50,840 nt of DNA from Gammaproteobacteria bacterium (GTDB lineage: Bacteria; Pseudomonadota; Gammaproteobacteria; Steroidobacterales; XN24), in NCBI GenBank assembly GCA_035268405.1, contig DATFKW010000091.1:1-50840 (forward strand). Reading direction: 5' to 3'. Each line of letters begins with the position of its first letter. Positions within the stretch are counted from its first letter, which is position 1. The position numbers and the translations under genes are program-made. Below, piece by piece: positions 19,992-36,756 of the stretch. Under the pieces are notes generated by a model. That model worked only from the letters and a program-made list of their open reading frames with translations. It was not told where the DNA came from and ran no database searches.

Positions 19992-21532
19992 TGCGTCGCA
20001 TGCCCCTTGCTGATGCGGTCCGTGGTGTATTCGCGGCCGAAGCCGGTCCAGGCCGAGAACAGGAACACGGCCACCAGCAGCCAGCCGTGGAAGACCCAGG
20101 GCCATGCCTGGATCGGCTCCACCACCATGGCGGGCGTGAACCAGTCGTAGGTCTCCGCCAGGCCCTGCATCTGGGTGTAGCCGACCAGCACGCCGCCGGC
20201 CCAGGGGAAAATGTAGCCCAGCGCCGAGGTGTTGGCGTCCAGGATATTGGCGCGACGGTAGCCGTTGATGTTGAAGCGCTTGCCGATGGTGGCGATGTAG
20301 GGCGCGATGGCGATCTGCGCGGCGGTGTTGATGGTGATCGCGGCATTGATGCCGGCGGTCACGCTGACCATCGTCAGTTCCGCGGAGCGCACGCTGCGCG
20401 CCACCTTCTCGAGCAGCCACTCCTGCAGCGCATGGAAGCCGCCGCCCCGGATCATGACCTGCGCGCCGCCCAGCACCAGCAGGATCAGCACCGCCAGCGT
20501 CGCGAAACCCACCGGCCCGTCGTAAAGGCTGCCGCCGACGCCGGCCTCGGCCGCGGCGACCGCCTGCACCAGCGGCCAGTCGCCGAAGCGCGCCGCGGCC
20601 CAGCTGTCCTCCGCGACCCGGAACACCAGCATGTCGGTGCCCGGCGCCAGGCCGAACAGCAGGTTGATGGCGACCGCCAGGATCAGGCCGACGGAGATGG
20701 CCTGGATGATGTGGCGGCCGCGGATCGCGAGGCCGATGACCACGGCGATGGGCAGCAGGTGGAACAGGCCGCTGGCATTGCTCTGCGCCCGGAACAGCGC
20801 CGCCGCGTCGGCGTCGATGGCGGCGCCCGTGGAGGCCCAGCCGAAGCCGAGGTAGGCGATGAAGGCCAGCGTCGCGGCGATGATGGCGTACTTGAAGCGG
20901 CTGGCCACCACGCCGCCCACGTCGGAGTCCTGCGTCACCGCGCTGACGATGGTGGTGTCGCTGACCGGCGCGAGATTGTCGCCGAACACGGCGCCCGAGA
21001 GGATCGCGCCGAACATCAGCAGCGGATCGGCGCCCAGCACCACGCCGGCCGGGAAGAACAGCGCGACGAAGGCGATCACCGTGCCGTAGCCGGTGCCGAT
21101 GCCGGTCGCCAGCAGCGCGGCCAGCAGGAAGGTCACCGCGGGAAACACCGCCGGGCCCATGCCGGCGGTCTCCGCCAGCCAGCCCAGTCCGTCGACGAAG
21201 CCGCCCGCCTGCAGCGTGGCCGCGAACATGCCGGCCCACAGCCAGGCCACGATGGCGGTCACGGCGACTTTCTGCGCCATGCCCTCGACCACCGCCTCGG
21301 CGTAGTCCGCCCAGTTGCCGCGCACCAGCAGCATGCCGAGAATGAGCCCGACCAGCATGCCGACGATCAGGCCGGCGGTGTCGCCGATGCCGAGCACGCC
21401 GGACTGCGCGATGGCCCAGGCGATGAAGAACAGGATGGGCACGGCGCTCATCGCCTTGCCTCCATGGAAGCGGATCTCAGCGGGCGGGGCGGGTGCCGGC
21501 CCGCTGTGTCCGGCGTGCGTGCCGTCGTTCAT
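19988..21532 (-). CDS. NhaC-family Na+/H+ antiporter-like transporter
   Basis: ATGIGTGYGT, GAILSGAVFGDNLAPVSDTTIVSA motifs; many hydrophobic segments; AAAGGA RBS before ATG 21532. Confidence 0.9.
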   Translation of the reverse strand: MNDGTHAGHSGPAPAPPAEIRFHGGKAMSAVPILFFIAWAIAQSGVLGIGDTAGLIVGMLVGLILGMLLVRGNWADYAEAVVEGMAQKVAVTAIVAWLWAGMFAATLQAGGFVDGLGWLAETAGMGPAVFPAVTFLLAALLATGIGTGYGTVIAFVALFFPAGVVLGADPLLMFGAILSGAVFGDNLAPVSDTTIVSAVTQDSDVGGVVASRFKYAIIAATLAFIAYLGFGWASTGAAIDADAAALFRAQSNASGLFHLLPIAVVIGLAIRGRHIIQAISVGLILAVAINLLFGLAPGTDMLVFRVAEDSWAAARFGDWPLVQAVAAAEAGVGGSLYDGPVGFATLAVLILLVLGGAQVMIRGGGFHALQEWLLEKVARSVRSAELTMVSVTAGINAAITINTAAQIAIAPYIATIGKRFNINGYRRANILDANTSALGYIFPWAGGVLVGYTQMQGLAETYDWFTPAMVVEPIQAWPWVFHGWLLVAVFLFSAWTGFGREYTTDRISKGHATQ

Positions 21533-21951
21533 GTGTGATCCTTTTCGTCGGCGATGAACACCCAGAAGGGGATGCCGAGCGCGCGCCACGTTTCGACCGT
21601 GTCGGCGAGAATGCCGGTCGCCATCCGGTAATCCTCCGGGGCGGCGTCGCGCAAGTCAGCGGCTTGCTCCAGCAGCAGTAGGTATCCCTCCGCCGGCAGC
21701 CATTCCAGGTCCGCGAGGCAGTCCGCCAGCGCATCCCAATTCTGGCCGAAGCACGCGGGGAACTCCAGCGCGGCCGCCGTGCGCGAGAGGAATGCCGCCT
21801 TGTCGCGGCAGCCGCCCAGGTCGATCCGCGCGCACCGGAGACCAGCGGCGCGGGCCGTCTCGAGCAGAGCCTCGCGCCGTTGCGGCGCGATCGCGCGCAG
21901 GCCGGCGCTGGCGGGGTCCCGCAGGGTCGCCGGAGGCATCGCGCCTGTCAC
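21529..21951 (-). CDS. Barstar family ribonuclease inhibitor
   Basis: DKAAFLSRTAAALEFPACFGQNWDALADCLADLEW. Confidence 0.92.
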   Translation of the reverse strand: MTGAMPPATLRDPASAGLRAIAPQRREALLETARAAGLRCARIDLGGCRDKAAFLSRTAAALEFPACFGQNWDALADCLADLEWLPAEGYLLLLEQAADLRDAAPEDYRMATGILADTVETWRALGIPFWVFIADEKDHT

Positions 21952-22382
21952 CGCAGGAGCTCGAAGCGGCGAAAGCTGCCGTAGTGATCCGCCGTGTAGT
22001 AATACACCTCCGGGGGGCGGCCTCCCGTGACGATGCGCCGGGCGCCGCGGTGACCCACGCCCGGGGTCCGCACGGTGTATTCGCGGTAGTAGCCCCTCGG
22101 ACGCGCGGGCAGGCGCCCTTCGCGGTTTTGGAACACGGTGCCGTCCTGGCGATGGGGAAAGGGACCGTCACGGCGAATGAGGGCCAGGGTATGGAGCGCC
22201 TCGGCGGGCAGCCAGTCAGCCACCGGCTCATGCGCAGGCCCATCTGCCGAGACCTCCGCGGGGACCTCCGCGGTCGTGGCGGGCGCCGCGCGCTCGAGCG
22301 GGGATTCAGCGGGCCGCTCCCAGAGGCTGAGCAGCGCCGCGACGGCCAGCAGGAGCACCAGCAGGGGCAGTCGTTGCCGCAC
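21948..22382 (-). CDS. Guanyl-specific ribonuclease, RNase Sa/barnase family, with N-terminal hydrophobic segment
   Basis: DGTVFQNREGRLP...YYREYTV...RGARRIVTG...YYTADHYGSF; GTG start 4 nt after the uvrA stop. Confidence 0.92.
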   Translation of the reverse strand: MRQRLPLLVLLLAVAALLSLWERPAESPLERAAPATTAEVPAEVSADGPAHEPVADWLPAEALHTLALIRRDGPFPHRQDGTVFQNREGRLPARPRGYYREYTVRTPGVGHRGARRIVTGGRPPEVYYYTADHYGSFRRFELLR

Positions 22383-22386
22383 CCGT

Positions 22387-25251
<2,865 letters not shown>

Positions 25252-25462
25252 GGCTACCGGTATGCTCGACTGAACTCATTACTATACGCAGAAACGCGGG
25301 CGATGCGCCTGCCGCGCGGACAGGACGCTTTCGACCGGCGTCAAGGGCCGGTTTCCGGGTCGCGTGGATGAGATTCGACCCTGTTCAGGCTAGACTAGTC
25401 AGTTATTCTTGAATGCCGGCCAGATCGGCCTGCAAACACATTCCCAAAGCGAGGTCACGCAC

Positions 25463-25921
25463 ATGGCACGCGGTATCAACAAGGTCATCCTGGTGGGCAA
25501 CCTGGGTGCGGATCCGGAATCGAGGACCACCCCGGGCGGTCTGACGGTCACCAACATCCGCGTCGCCACCACGGAAAAGCGCAAGGATCGCCAGAGCGGC
25601 GATTTCGTCGAGGAAACCGAGTGGCACCGCGTGGTGATGTTCGACCGCCTGGCGGAGGTTGCGCGGGAGTACCTGCGCAAGGGCTCGCAGGTCTACATAG
25701 AGGGCCAGATCCGCACCAACAAGTGGCAGGACAAGGAAGGCAACGACCGCTATACCACCGAGATCATCGGGCGCGAGATGCAGATGCTGGGCGGGCGTCC
25801 CGGGGGCGGCGCCCCGGCGGGCGGCGGCGACGACTATCGCTCCTCTTCCTCCGGCGGCAGCGCGCCCGCCTCGGGCGGTTCGCGCAAGGAAGAACCCTTC
25901 GAGGACGACATCCCGTTTTAG
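25463..25921 (+). CDS. ssb: Single-stranded DNA-binding protein
   Basis: [19 protein letters not shown]...TEWHRV...DDIPF; divergent from uvrA. Confidence 0.99.
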   Translation: MARGINKVILVGNLGADPESRTTPGGLTVTNIRVATTEKRKDRQSGDFVEETEWHRVVMFDRLAEVAREYLRKGSQVYIEGQIRTNKWQDKEGNDRYTTEIIGREMQMLGGRPGGGAPAGGGDDYRSSSSGGSAPASGGSRKEEPFEDDIPF

Positions 25922-25933
25922 CGGGTGCGACCG

Positions 25934-27301
25934 ATGCAAGAAACCAAGCCCGGCGGCAAGCTCTTCATCCGCACCTTCGGCTGCCAGATGAACGAGTACG
26001 ATTCCTCCAAGATGGCGGACGTGCTGCGCGCGTCGCACGGCTTCGAGCCCGTGGCCGTACCGGAGGAAGCGGACCTGCTGCTGCTGAACACCTGCTCGAT
26101 ACGTGAGAAGGCCCAGGAGAAAGTGTTTTCTCTGCTGGGGCGCTGGCGCGAGCTGAAAAAGGCGCGCCCGGGCGTGGTCATCGGCGTGGGGGGCTGCGTG
26201 GCCAGCCAGGAGGGCGAGGCCATCCTGGAGCGCGCGCCCTTCGTGGACCTTGTGTTCGGCCCCCAGACGCTGCACCGGCTGCCCCTCATGCTGGACGAGG
26301 CGCGTCGCCGGCGACAGCCCTCGGTGGACGTGTCCTTCCCGGAAATCGAGAAATTCGACCGCCTGCCGGCGCCGCGCGCCGCGGGACCCACGGCCTTCGT
26401 CTCGGTGATGGAAGGTTGCAGCAAGTACTGCAGCTTCTGCGTCGTGCCCTACACCCGCGGCGAGGAGGTCAGCCGGCCCTTCGACGACGTGATCGCCGAG
26501 GTCGCGCAGCTGGCGGCGCAGGGCGTTCGGGAGATCAATCTCCTGGGACAGAACGTCAATGCCTATCGCGGGCTGATGCACGACGGCACCACGGCCGACC
26601 TGGCGGCGCTGATCCGCTTCGTCGCGGCGGTGGACGGGATCGACCGGATCCGCTTCACCACGTCGCATCCGCTGGAGTTCACCGACAGCCTGGTCGAGGC
26701 CTATGCCGAGGTGCCGGAGCTGGCGCCCTACCTGCACCTGCCGGTGCAGAGCGGCTCGGACCGCATCCTGGCGCTGATGAAGCGGGGCCATACGGCGCTG
26801 GAATATCGCCACAAGCTGCGCAAGCTGCGCGAGGCGCGTCCCGGCATCAGCATCAGCTCGGATTTCATCGTCGGCTTCCCCGGCGAGACGGACGCCGATT
26901 TCGACCAGACCATGCAGCTCATCGAGGAGGTCGGTTTCGACCAGTCCTTCAGCTTCATCTACAGCCGCCGACCCGGCACGCCGGCCGCCGCCCTGCCGGA
27001 CGACGTGGATCCGGCGCGCAAGAAGCAGCGCCTCGCGCTGCTGCAGCAGCGCATCAACCAGCGGGCGGCGCAGATCAGCGCGGCCATGGTGGGCGGCGTG
27101 GAGCGCGTGCTGGTGGAGCGGCCCTCGAGAAAAAACCCGCGCCAGCTGGCGGGCCGCACCGGCAATATGCGCTGGGTCAATTTTGACGGCGAGCCCGCCC
27201 TGGTGGGACGCTTTGCGGACGTGCTCATCACCGAGGCTCTGCCCAACTCGCTGCGCGGTCGCGTGGTCGGCGTCGAGGACGCGCTGGCCCGGTCCGCCTG
27301 A
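25934..27301 (+). CDS. miaB: tRNA methylthiotransferase MiaB
   Basis: [28 protein letters not shown] radical SAM motif, C-terminal TRAM domain. Confidence 0.97.
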   Translation: MQETKPGGKLFIRTFGCQMNEYDSSKMADVLRASHGFEPVAVPEEADLLLLNTCSIREKAQEKVFSLLGRWRELKKARPGVVIGVGGCVASQEGEAILERAPFVDLVFGPQTLHRLPLMLDEARRRRQPSVDVSFPEIEKFDRLPAPRAAGPTAFVSVMEGCSKYCSFCVVPYTRGEEVSRPFDDVIAEVAQLAAQGVREINLLGQNVNAYRGLMHDGTTADLAALIRFVAAVDGIDRIRFTTSHPLEFTDSLVEAYAEVPELAPYLHLPVQSGSDRILALMKRGHTALEYRHKLRKLREARPGISISSDFIVGFPGETDADFDQTMQLIEEVGFDQSFSFIYSRRPGTPAAALPDDVDPARKKQRLALLQQRINQRAAQISAAMVGGVERVLVERPSRKNPRQLAGRTGNMRWVNFDGEPALVGRFADVLITEALPNSLRGRVVGVEDALARSA

Positions 27302-27315
27302 GGTCGATCACCACT

Positions 27316-28275
27316 TTGAACGCCCACCCCGTCAGGGACCTGGTACTGGAACCCGCCGACAACCAGCGGCTGGCGAACCTGTGCGGCCAGTTCGACGAGC
27401 ACCTCAAGCAGATCGAGCAGCGCCTGGGCGTGCAGATCCGCCCGCGCGGCAACCGCTTCCAGCTGGAGGGGCCGGAGCGCGCGGTGGAAGCCGCCGAACG
27501 CCTGCTGGTGTCGCTGTTCGAGCAGGCCGCCGAGGAAAGCATCAGCCCGCAGCACGTGCACGCCGGCCTGCAGGAAGCGGGGCTTTACGAGGAGGACGGC
27601 GGCGGCGCGAAGGACGAGGTCCGCACCCGGCGCGGCGTCATCCGCGGGCGGGGGCCCAACCAGCGGAATTATCTGCAGTCGATGCGCGAGGAGGACTTGT
27701 GCTTCGGCATCGGCCCCGCGGGCACCGGCAAGACCTATCTCGCGGTGGCGCGCGCCGTGGAGGCGCTGGAGCGCGATGAGGTGCGCCGCATCGTGCTGGT
27801 GCGTCCCGCGGTCGAGGCCGGCGAGCGGCTGGGATTCCTGCCGGGCGACCTGTCGCAGAAGGTCGACCCCTACCTGCGGCCGATGTACGACGCGCTCTAC
27901 GAGATGCTGGGCTTCGAGCGCGTCGCCAAGCTGATCGAGCGTCACGTCATCGAGATCGCGCCGCTGGCTTTCATGCGCGGCCGGACGCTGAACGAGGCCT
28001 TCGTGATCCTCGACGAGGCGCAGAACTCCACCGTCGAGCAGATGAAGATGTTCCTGACGCGCATCGGCTTCGGCTCGCGCGCGGTGGTCACGGGCGACGT
28101 GACCCAGACGGACCTGCCGAGCGGTCGCCGTTCCGGCCTCGGCCACGCGGCCGAGGTGCTGAAGGGCGTGGACGGCGTGGGCTTCACCTGGTTCACGGCG
28201 CGCGACGTGGTGCGTCATCCGCTGGTGCAGCGCATCGTCGAGGCCTACCAGCAGCACCAGGAGTCGCAGGAATGA
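27316..28275 (+). CDS. ybeZ: PhoH family ATPase (YbeZ)
   Basis: [40 protein letters not shown]. Confidence 0.95.
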   Translation: MNAHPVRDLVLEPADNQRLANLCGQFDEHLKQIEQRLGVQIRPRGNRFQLEGPERAVEAAERLLVSLFEQAAEESISPQHVHAGLQEAGLYEEDGGGAKDEVRTRRGVIRGRGPNQRNYLQSMREEDLCFGIGPAGTGKTYLAVARAVEALERDEVRRIVLVRPAVEAGERLGFLPGDLSQKVDPYLRPMYDALYEMLGFERVAKLIERHVIEIAPLAFMRGRTLNEAFVILDEAQNSTVEQMKMFLTRIGFGSRAVVTGDVTQTDLPSGRRSGLGHAAEVLKGVDGVGFTWFTARDVVRHPLVQRIVEAYQQHQESQE

Positions 28276-28742
28276 GCCTGCGCGTCGATGTGCAGGTGGG
28301 CGGGTCGCGCGGCGGCCTGCCGCCGGTGTCGCGCTTCAAGGCCTGGGCGCGCGCCGCGCTCGCCGGGCGCAAGCGCGCCGCCGAGCTGTCCATCCGCGTG
28401 GTGGACGCGGCCGAGAGCCAGGCGCTCAACCGCCGCTTCAGGGGCAAGGACCGGCCCACCAACGTGCTGTCCTTTCCCGCCGATCTGCCGCCCGAGCTGG
28501 AGTTGCCGTTGCTGGGCGACCTGGTCGTCTGCCGCGAGGTGGTGGAGGCCGAGGCCGCCGATCAGGGCAAGCCGGCGGAGGCGCACTGGGCGCACATGGT
28601 GGTGCACGGCACCCTGCACTTGCTCGGCTACGATCACGAGACGACCGAAGGCGCCGAGTCCATGGAGGCGCTGGAGGCGGAGATCCTCTCCGAGTTCGGC
28701 TGGCCGGATCCCTACCAGGAGCATGACGAAAACGATGGCTGA
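28272..28742 (+). CDS. ybeY: rRNA maturation factor YbeY
   Basis: [19 protein letters not shown]. Confidence 0.97.
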   Translation: MSLRVDVQVGGSRGGLPPVSRFKAWARAALAGRKRAAELSIRVVDAAESQALNRRFRGKDRPTNVLSFPADLPPELELPLLGDLVVCREVVEAEAADQGKPAEAHWAHMVVHGTLHLLGYDHETTEGAESMEALEAEILSEFGWPDPYQEHDENDG

Positions 28743-29575
28743 CGAAAAACCTCCGAGTACCGGCGGGCGCCGGTCCGGCTTGCTGGCCCGCTGGGCCGAG
28801 GCCTTCCGCAGCGCCCCGCGCGACCGCCAGGCACTCGCCGAAGTGCTGGAGCAGGCACGCGACGAGCACATACTCGACGCCGACGAGCACCGCATGCTGG
28901 AGGGCGTGCTGGAAGTGTCCGGCATCCAGGTGCGCGACATCATGGTCCCGCGCGGCCGCATGGTGGTGGTGGAGCGCAACGCCACTCCGCAGCAGATGCT
29001 GCAGATCATCATCGATTCCGGCCACTCGCGCTTCCCCGTGATCGCCGACGATCGCGACGAGGTGATCGGCATCCTGTTGGCCAAGGACCTGTTGCGCTTT
29101 TTCGTCGAGGAAGACCAGGAGCGCTTCCGCATCAAGGAGTGCCTGCGTCCCGCGGTGTTTATTCCCGAGAGCAAGCGGCTCAATGTCCTGCTCAAGGAGT
29201 TCCGCAACAGTCACAACCACATGGCCATCGTGGTTGACGAGTACGGTGGCGTCTCCGGCCTGCTCACCATCGAGGACGTGCTGGAGCAGATCGTGGGCGA
29301 GATCGACGACGAGCACGACCCCGACGAGGAGGTCATGATCGTGCCCGAGCGGGAGGGCTGCTGGCGGGTGGATGCCCTGGCGCGCATCGAGGACCTGAAC
29401 GAAGAGCTGGGCACGCGCTTCAGCGACGAGAACTACGACACCGTGGGCGGGCTGGTCATGCACGAGCTGGGCCGCTTGCCGCGCAGCGGCGAGTCGCTGT
29501 TGCTGGAGGGGATGCGCTTCACGGTGCTGCGCGCGGACCGCCGCCGCGTGCACTCGGTGCGATTGCGCCGCGCCG

Positions 29576-29583
<8 letters not shown>
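28735..29583 (+). CDS. corC: Magnesium/cobalt efflux protein CorC (CBS pair plus CorC domain)
   Basis: [30 protein letters not shown]; start could alternatively be 28723. Confidence 0.93.
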
Positions 29584-33734
<4,151 letters not shown>

Positions 33735-33737
33735 AAG

Positions 33738-34229
33738 ATGCGCAGTGCATTCGCCATGGCGCTGGCCGCCGTCCTGTTCGCGCTGCCGGGCTGCGGTTTT
33801 CACCTGCAGGGCGTCACGCGCCTGCCGCCGGAACTCTCCGCCATCTATTTGCAGGTGCCGGACCCGGCGTCCGACCTCGCTTTCCAGCTGCGCCGTTCTC
33901 TGGCCGCTTCCGGCGTCACCGTGGTCGACCGACCGGACCAGGCGACGGCGGTGCTCAGCGTGCCGGCGGAGAACTACGGCCGGCGCATCAAGTCGGTGTC
34001 CGCCCAGAACCGGCCCACCGAGTTCGAGATTTTCTACGAGGCCGAGTATCGGCTGCAGGCCGACGGCGAGGTGCTGCTGCCGCGCCAGGAGGTCGCGCGC
34101 TCGCGCATCGTGCCTTACAGCGAGCGGGACATACTGGGCAAGCAGCAGGAACAAGCCATGCTGCGCGACGCCATGGCCCGCGAGATCGCCGGCGTCATCA
34201 CGCGCAGGCTGGCGGACCTCGGGCAGTGA
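33738..34229 (+). CDS. lptE: LPS assembly lipoprotein LptE
   Basis: Lipobox LPG-C then GFHLQG; position directly after leuS. Confidence 0.93.
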   Translation: MRSAFAMALAAVLFALPGCGFHLQGVTRLPPELSAIYLQVPDPASDLAFQLRRSLAASGVTVVDRPDQATAVLSVPAENYGRRIKSVSAQNRPTEFEIFYEAEYRLQADGEVLLPRQEVARSRIVPYSERDILGKQQEQAMLRDAMAREIAGVITRRLADLGQ

Positions 34230-34726
34230 GCCCGGCGGAGGTGGCCGTGCTCGGCGACGGGCACGAGCCGGCCGTGCAGCGGCTGCTGGCGCGCTACGGG
34301 ATGACGCTGCGCCCGGTCGCCGCCGGCGACGCGATCCCGGCGTCCTGGTGGGGCGAGCGCGAGGCGGGACTGCGCGGCGCGAGCCTGCATGCGCGCCCGG
34401 ACACGCCTTTGCACTCGGTGCTGCACGAGGCCTGCCATTTCGTGTGCATGCCGCCGGGGCGGCGTGCCGCGCTCGACACGGACGCGGGCGGCGATTACGC
34501 CGAGGAGAACGGCGTGTGTTACCTGCAGGTGCTGCTGGCCGACGAACTGCCCGGCTTCGGCCGCGCCCGCATGCTCGCGGACATGGATGCCTGGGGCTAT
34601 TCCTTCAGGCTGGGCTCCGCGCGGGCCTGGTTCGAGACGGACGCGGAGGACGCGCGCGCCTGGCTGGTCCGGCACGCCATCACGGATCCGGCCGGCCGGC
34701 CCAGCTGGCGGCTGCGCGCCGACTGA
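34226..34726 (+). CDS. Hypothetical protein with HEXXH motif (166 aa)
   Basis: GTGA overlap with lptE; IPASWWGEREAG, LHEACH, EENGVCYLQ, DMDAWGYSFRLGS; tail of a spurious long track ORF. Confidence 0.8.
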   Translation: MSPAEVAVLGDGHEPAVQRLLARYGMTLRPVAAGDAIPASWWGEREAGLRGASLHARPDTPLHSVLHEACHFVCMPPGRRAALDTDAGGDYAEENGVCYLQVLLADELPGFGRARMLADMDAWGYSFRLGSARAWFETDAEDARAWLVRHAITDPAGRPSWRLRAD

Positions 34727-34747
34727 GAGTGCAGCCGGGGCGGGCGC

Positions 34748-35209
34748 TCAGGGCGACAGCGTGCCGCGGTAATCGAAGGGCAGCGTGCGCAGGAAACCGC
34801 TGGCAAGATGCAGCCGGCCGTGCACCCGGTAATCCAGCGGCTCATCCCGCCGGCCGCCCAGCTCGACGGCCTGGCGCAGCACGTCGAACACCGAGGTGGT
34901 GACGACCACGCGCGTCTCGGCCTCGCCCAGGCGCGGCAGCTCGAAGGTCTCGTTGCTCACGCCGCGGGCCAGCCGCCGGTCGTTGAGCGCGAGCTCGAAG
35001 TCCAGCCCGTCGATGGTGACGGCCTTGTTGTTGGGGTTCACCAGGCGCAGGCCGACGGCGAAACGCTGCTCCAGCGAGCCCGATTCGGATTCCAGCATCT
35101 GCAGGCTGGTGACACGCACTTCCGGGGCTTCCAGCGAAGCGATGCTGGCGCAGCCGGCGGCGGCCAGCGAGAGTATCAGCGTCCCCAGCAGGGCAAGATG
35201 TCGGATCAT
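34748..35209 (-). CDS. LEA type 2 / WHy domain lipoprotein
   Basis: Lipobox AAG-C; LRLVNPNN motif; GGAG RBS. Confidence 0.85.
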   Translation of the reverse strand: MIRHLALLGTLILSLAAAGCASIASLEAPEVRVTSLQMLESESGSLEQRFAVGLRLVNPNNKAVTIDGLDFELALNDRRLARGVSNETFELPRLGEAETRVVVTTSVFDVLRQAVELGGRRDEPLDYRVHGRLHLASGFLRTLPFDYRGTLSP

Positions 35210-35247
35210 GGGTTGGTCTCCCCGGGCGGGTCGTGGCATGAGCGGCC

Positions 35248-35290
35248 ATTATAGGCGCCGTTGCCACGGATCCGCGCCGCTGCCTAAACT
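35248..35290. promoter_or_regulatory. Divergent promoters for the LEA_2 gene and hinT
   Basis: Minus-strand TATAAT at 35248-35253; plus-strand TTGCCA (35261-35266), 18 bp, TAAACT (35285-35290). Confidence 0.45.
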
Positions 35291-35341
35291 GGAGGTGACG
35301 CAGGCAGCACATGCCCCCACAGGCCCGCAGGAGGCGCACCC

Positions 35342-35689
35342 ATGCCCACGCTGTTTGAAAAGATCATCGCCGGGGATATTCCGGCCGATTTCGTGCACCG
35401 CGACGAGCGCGTGGTGGCCTTCAGGGACATCCATCCGCAGGCCCCCGTGCACATCCTGATCATCCCGGTGAAGCCCATCCCGACGGCCAACGACATCGCC
35501 GACGGCGATGCGGAACTCGTCGGCCACATGTTCTGCGTGGCGCGCGACATCGCGCGCGCGGAGGGCATCGCGGAAGACGGCTACCGGCTGATCATCAACT
35601 GCAACAGCCACGGCGGACAGGAGGTTTACCACCTGCACCTGCACCTGGTGGGCGGCCGGCCGCTGGGCCGCATGTTGCCCGGGCAATGA
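35342..35689 (+). CDS. hinT: Histidine triad nucleotide-binding protein
   Basis: [31 protein letters not shown]. Confidence 0.93.
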   Translation: MPTLFEKIIAGDIPADFVHRDERVVAFRDIHPQAPVHILIIPVKPIPTANDIADGDAELVGHMFCVARDIARAEGIAEDGYRLIINCNSHGGQEVYHLHLHLVGGRPLGRMLPGQ

Positions 35690-36756
35690 GCGTCGCCGTG
35701 CTTGCGCTGGTGGCCGGGGCCGCGATCGATCCGGGCACGCTGGGGCGTTTCGCCGACCTCGCGCTGGACTGCGTGCACCGCGAGTACCCGAACAAGATCG
35801 CGCATGTCATGGACAGCGATGCGGACGCGGCGCCGCCGCGCGAGCTGACGCCGGTTTTCTGGGGCTGTTTCGACTGGCACTCCTCGGTGCACGGCCACTG
35901 GCTGCTGGCACGACTGCTGCGGCTGGCGCCGGAGGCCGAGTTCGCCCCGGCCGCGCGCGCCGCCCTGGATCGCAGCCTGACGGCCGAAGGATTGCGCGGC
36001 GAAGTCGCCTACATGTCCCGCGAGGGCCGCGAGGGTTTCGAGCGCCCCTACGGCCTGGCCTGGCTGCTGCAGCTGGGTACCGAGCTGCGCGAGTGGCAGG
36101 ACCCCGACGCGGCGCGCTGGGCGGCGAACCTCGCCCCCGCGGAGGCGCTGGCTGCGCGGCGGCTGTCCGAGTGGCTGCCCAAGCTCGCCTATCCCATTCG
36201 CGGCGGCGAGCACTTCCAGACCGCCTTCTCTTTCGGGCTGGCGCTGGACTGGGCGCGCACGGCGGGTGACGAAGCGCTGGCGGCCCTGCTGGCGGAGACC
36301 TCCAGGTCGCTCTACCTGGCGGATCGCGACTGCCCGCTGGACTACGAGCCGTCCGGGCATGATTTCCTGTCGCCCTGCCTGGCGGAAGCGGACCTGCTGC
36401 GCCGCGTGCTGTCGCCGGACGCCTTCGCCCGCTGGTTGTCGTCCTTCATGCCGGGCATTCCCGGCGACGGCGGTGCGGAATGGCTGCCGATCGCGCGAGT
36501 GACGGACCGCGAGGACGGCAAGCTCGCCCACCTGGACGGCCTCAACCTGAGCCGCGCATGGATGCTCCAGGGGATCGAGGCCGGCCTGCCGCCCGCAGAC
36601 CCGCGCCGCGCCAGCCTCCAGGCCGCGGCGGCGGCACATGCCGCCGCCGGGCTGGAAGGCGTCACGGACGCGCACTATGCAGGCAGTCACTGGCTGGGCA
36701 GTTTCGCCACCTACCTGCTCACGGGCCGCGGCTTGCCGGACGCTGCGCGCGACTAG
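35686..36756 (+). CDS. DUF2891-like protein
   Basis: [45 protein letters not shown] (family recalled, not searched). Confidence 0.78.
   Translation: MSVAVLALVAGAAIDPGTLGRFADLALDCVHREYPNKIAHVMDSDADAAPPRELTPVFWGCFDWHSSVHGHWLLARLLRLAPEAEFAPAARAALDRSLTAEGLRGEVAYMSREGREGFERPYGLAWLLQLGTELREWQDPDAARWAANLAPAEALAARRLSEWLPKLAYPIRGGEHFQTAFSFGLALDWARTAGDEALAALLAETSRSLYLADRDCPLDYEPSGHDFLSPCLAEADLLRRVLSPDAFARWLSSFMPGIPGDGGAEWLPIARVTDREDGKLAHLDGLNLSRAWMLQGIEAGLPPADPRRASLQAAAAAHAAAGLEGVTDAHYAGSHWLGSFATYLLTGRGLPDAARD

Noticed and set aside
25252-25462. LexA/SOS box between uvrA and ssb
   Set aside because: No CTGT-N8-ACAG; only a half match to TAGTA-N6-CTAA (TAGTA-N6-TCAG, minus strand near 25270-25284) and a short GACTAGTC palindrome; too weak
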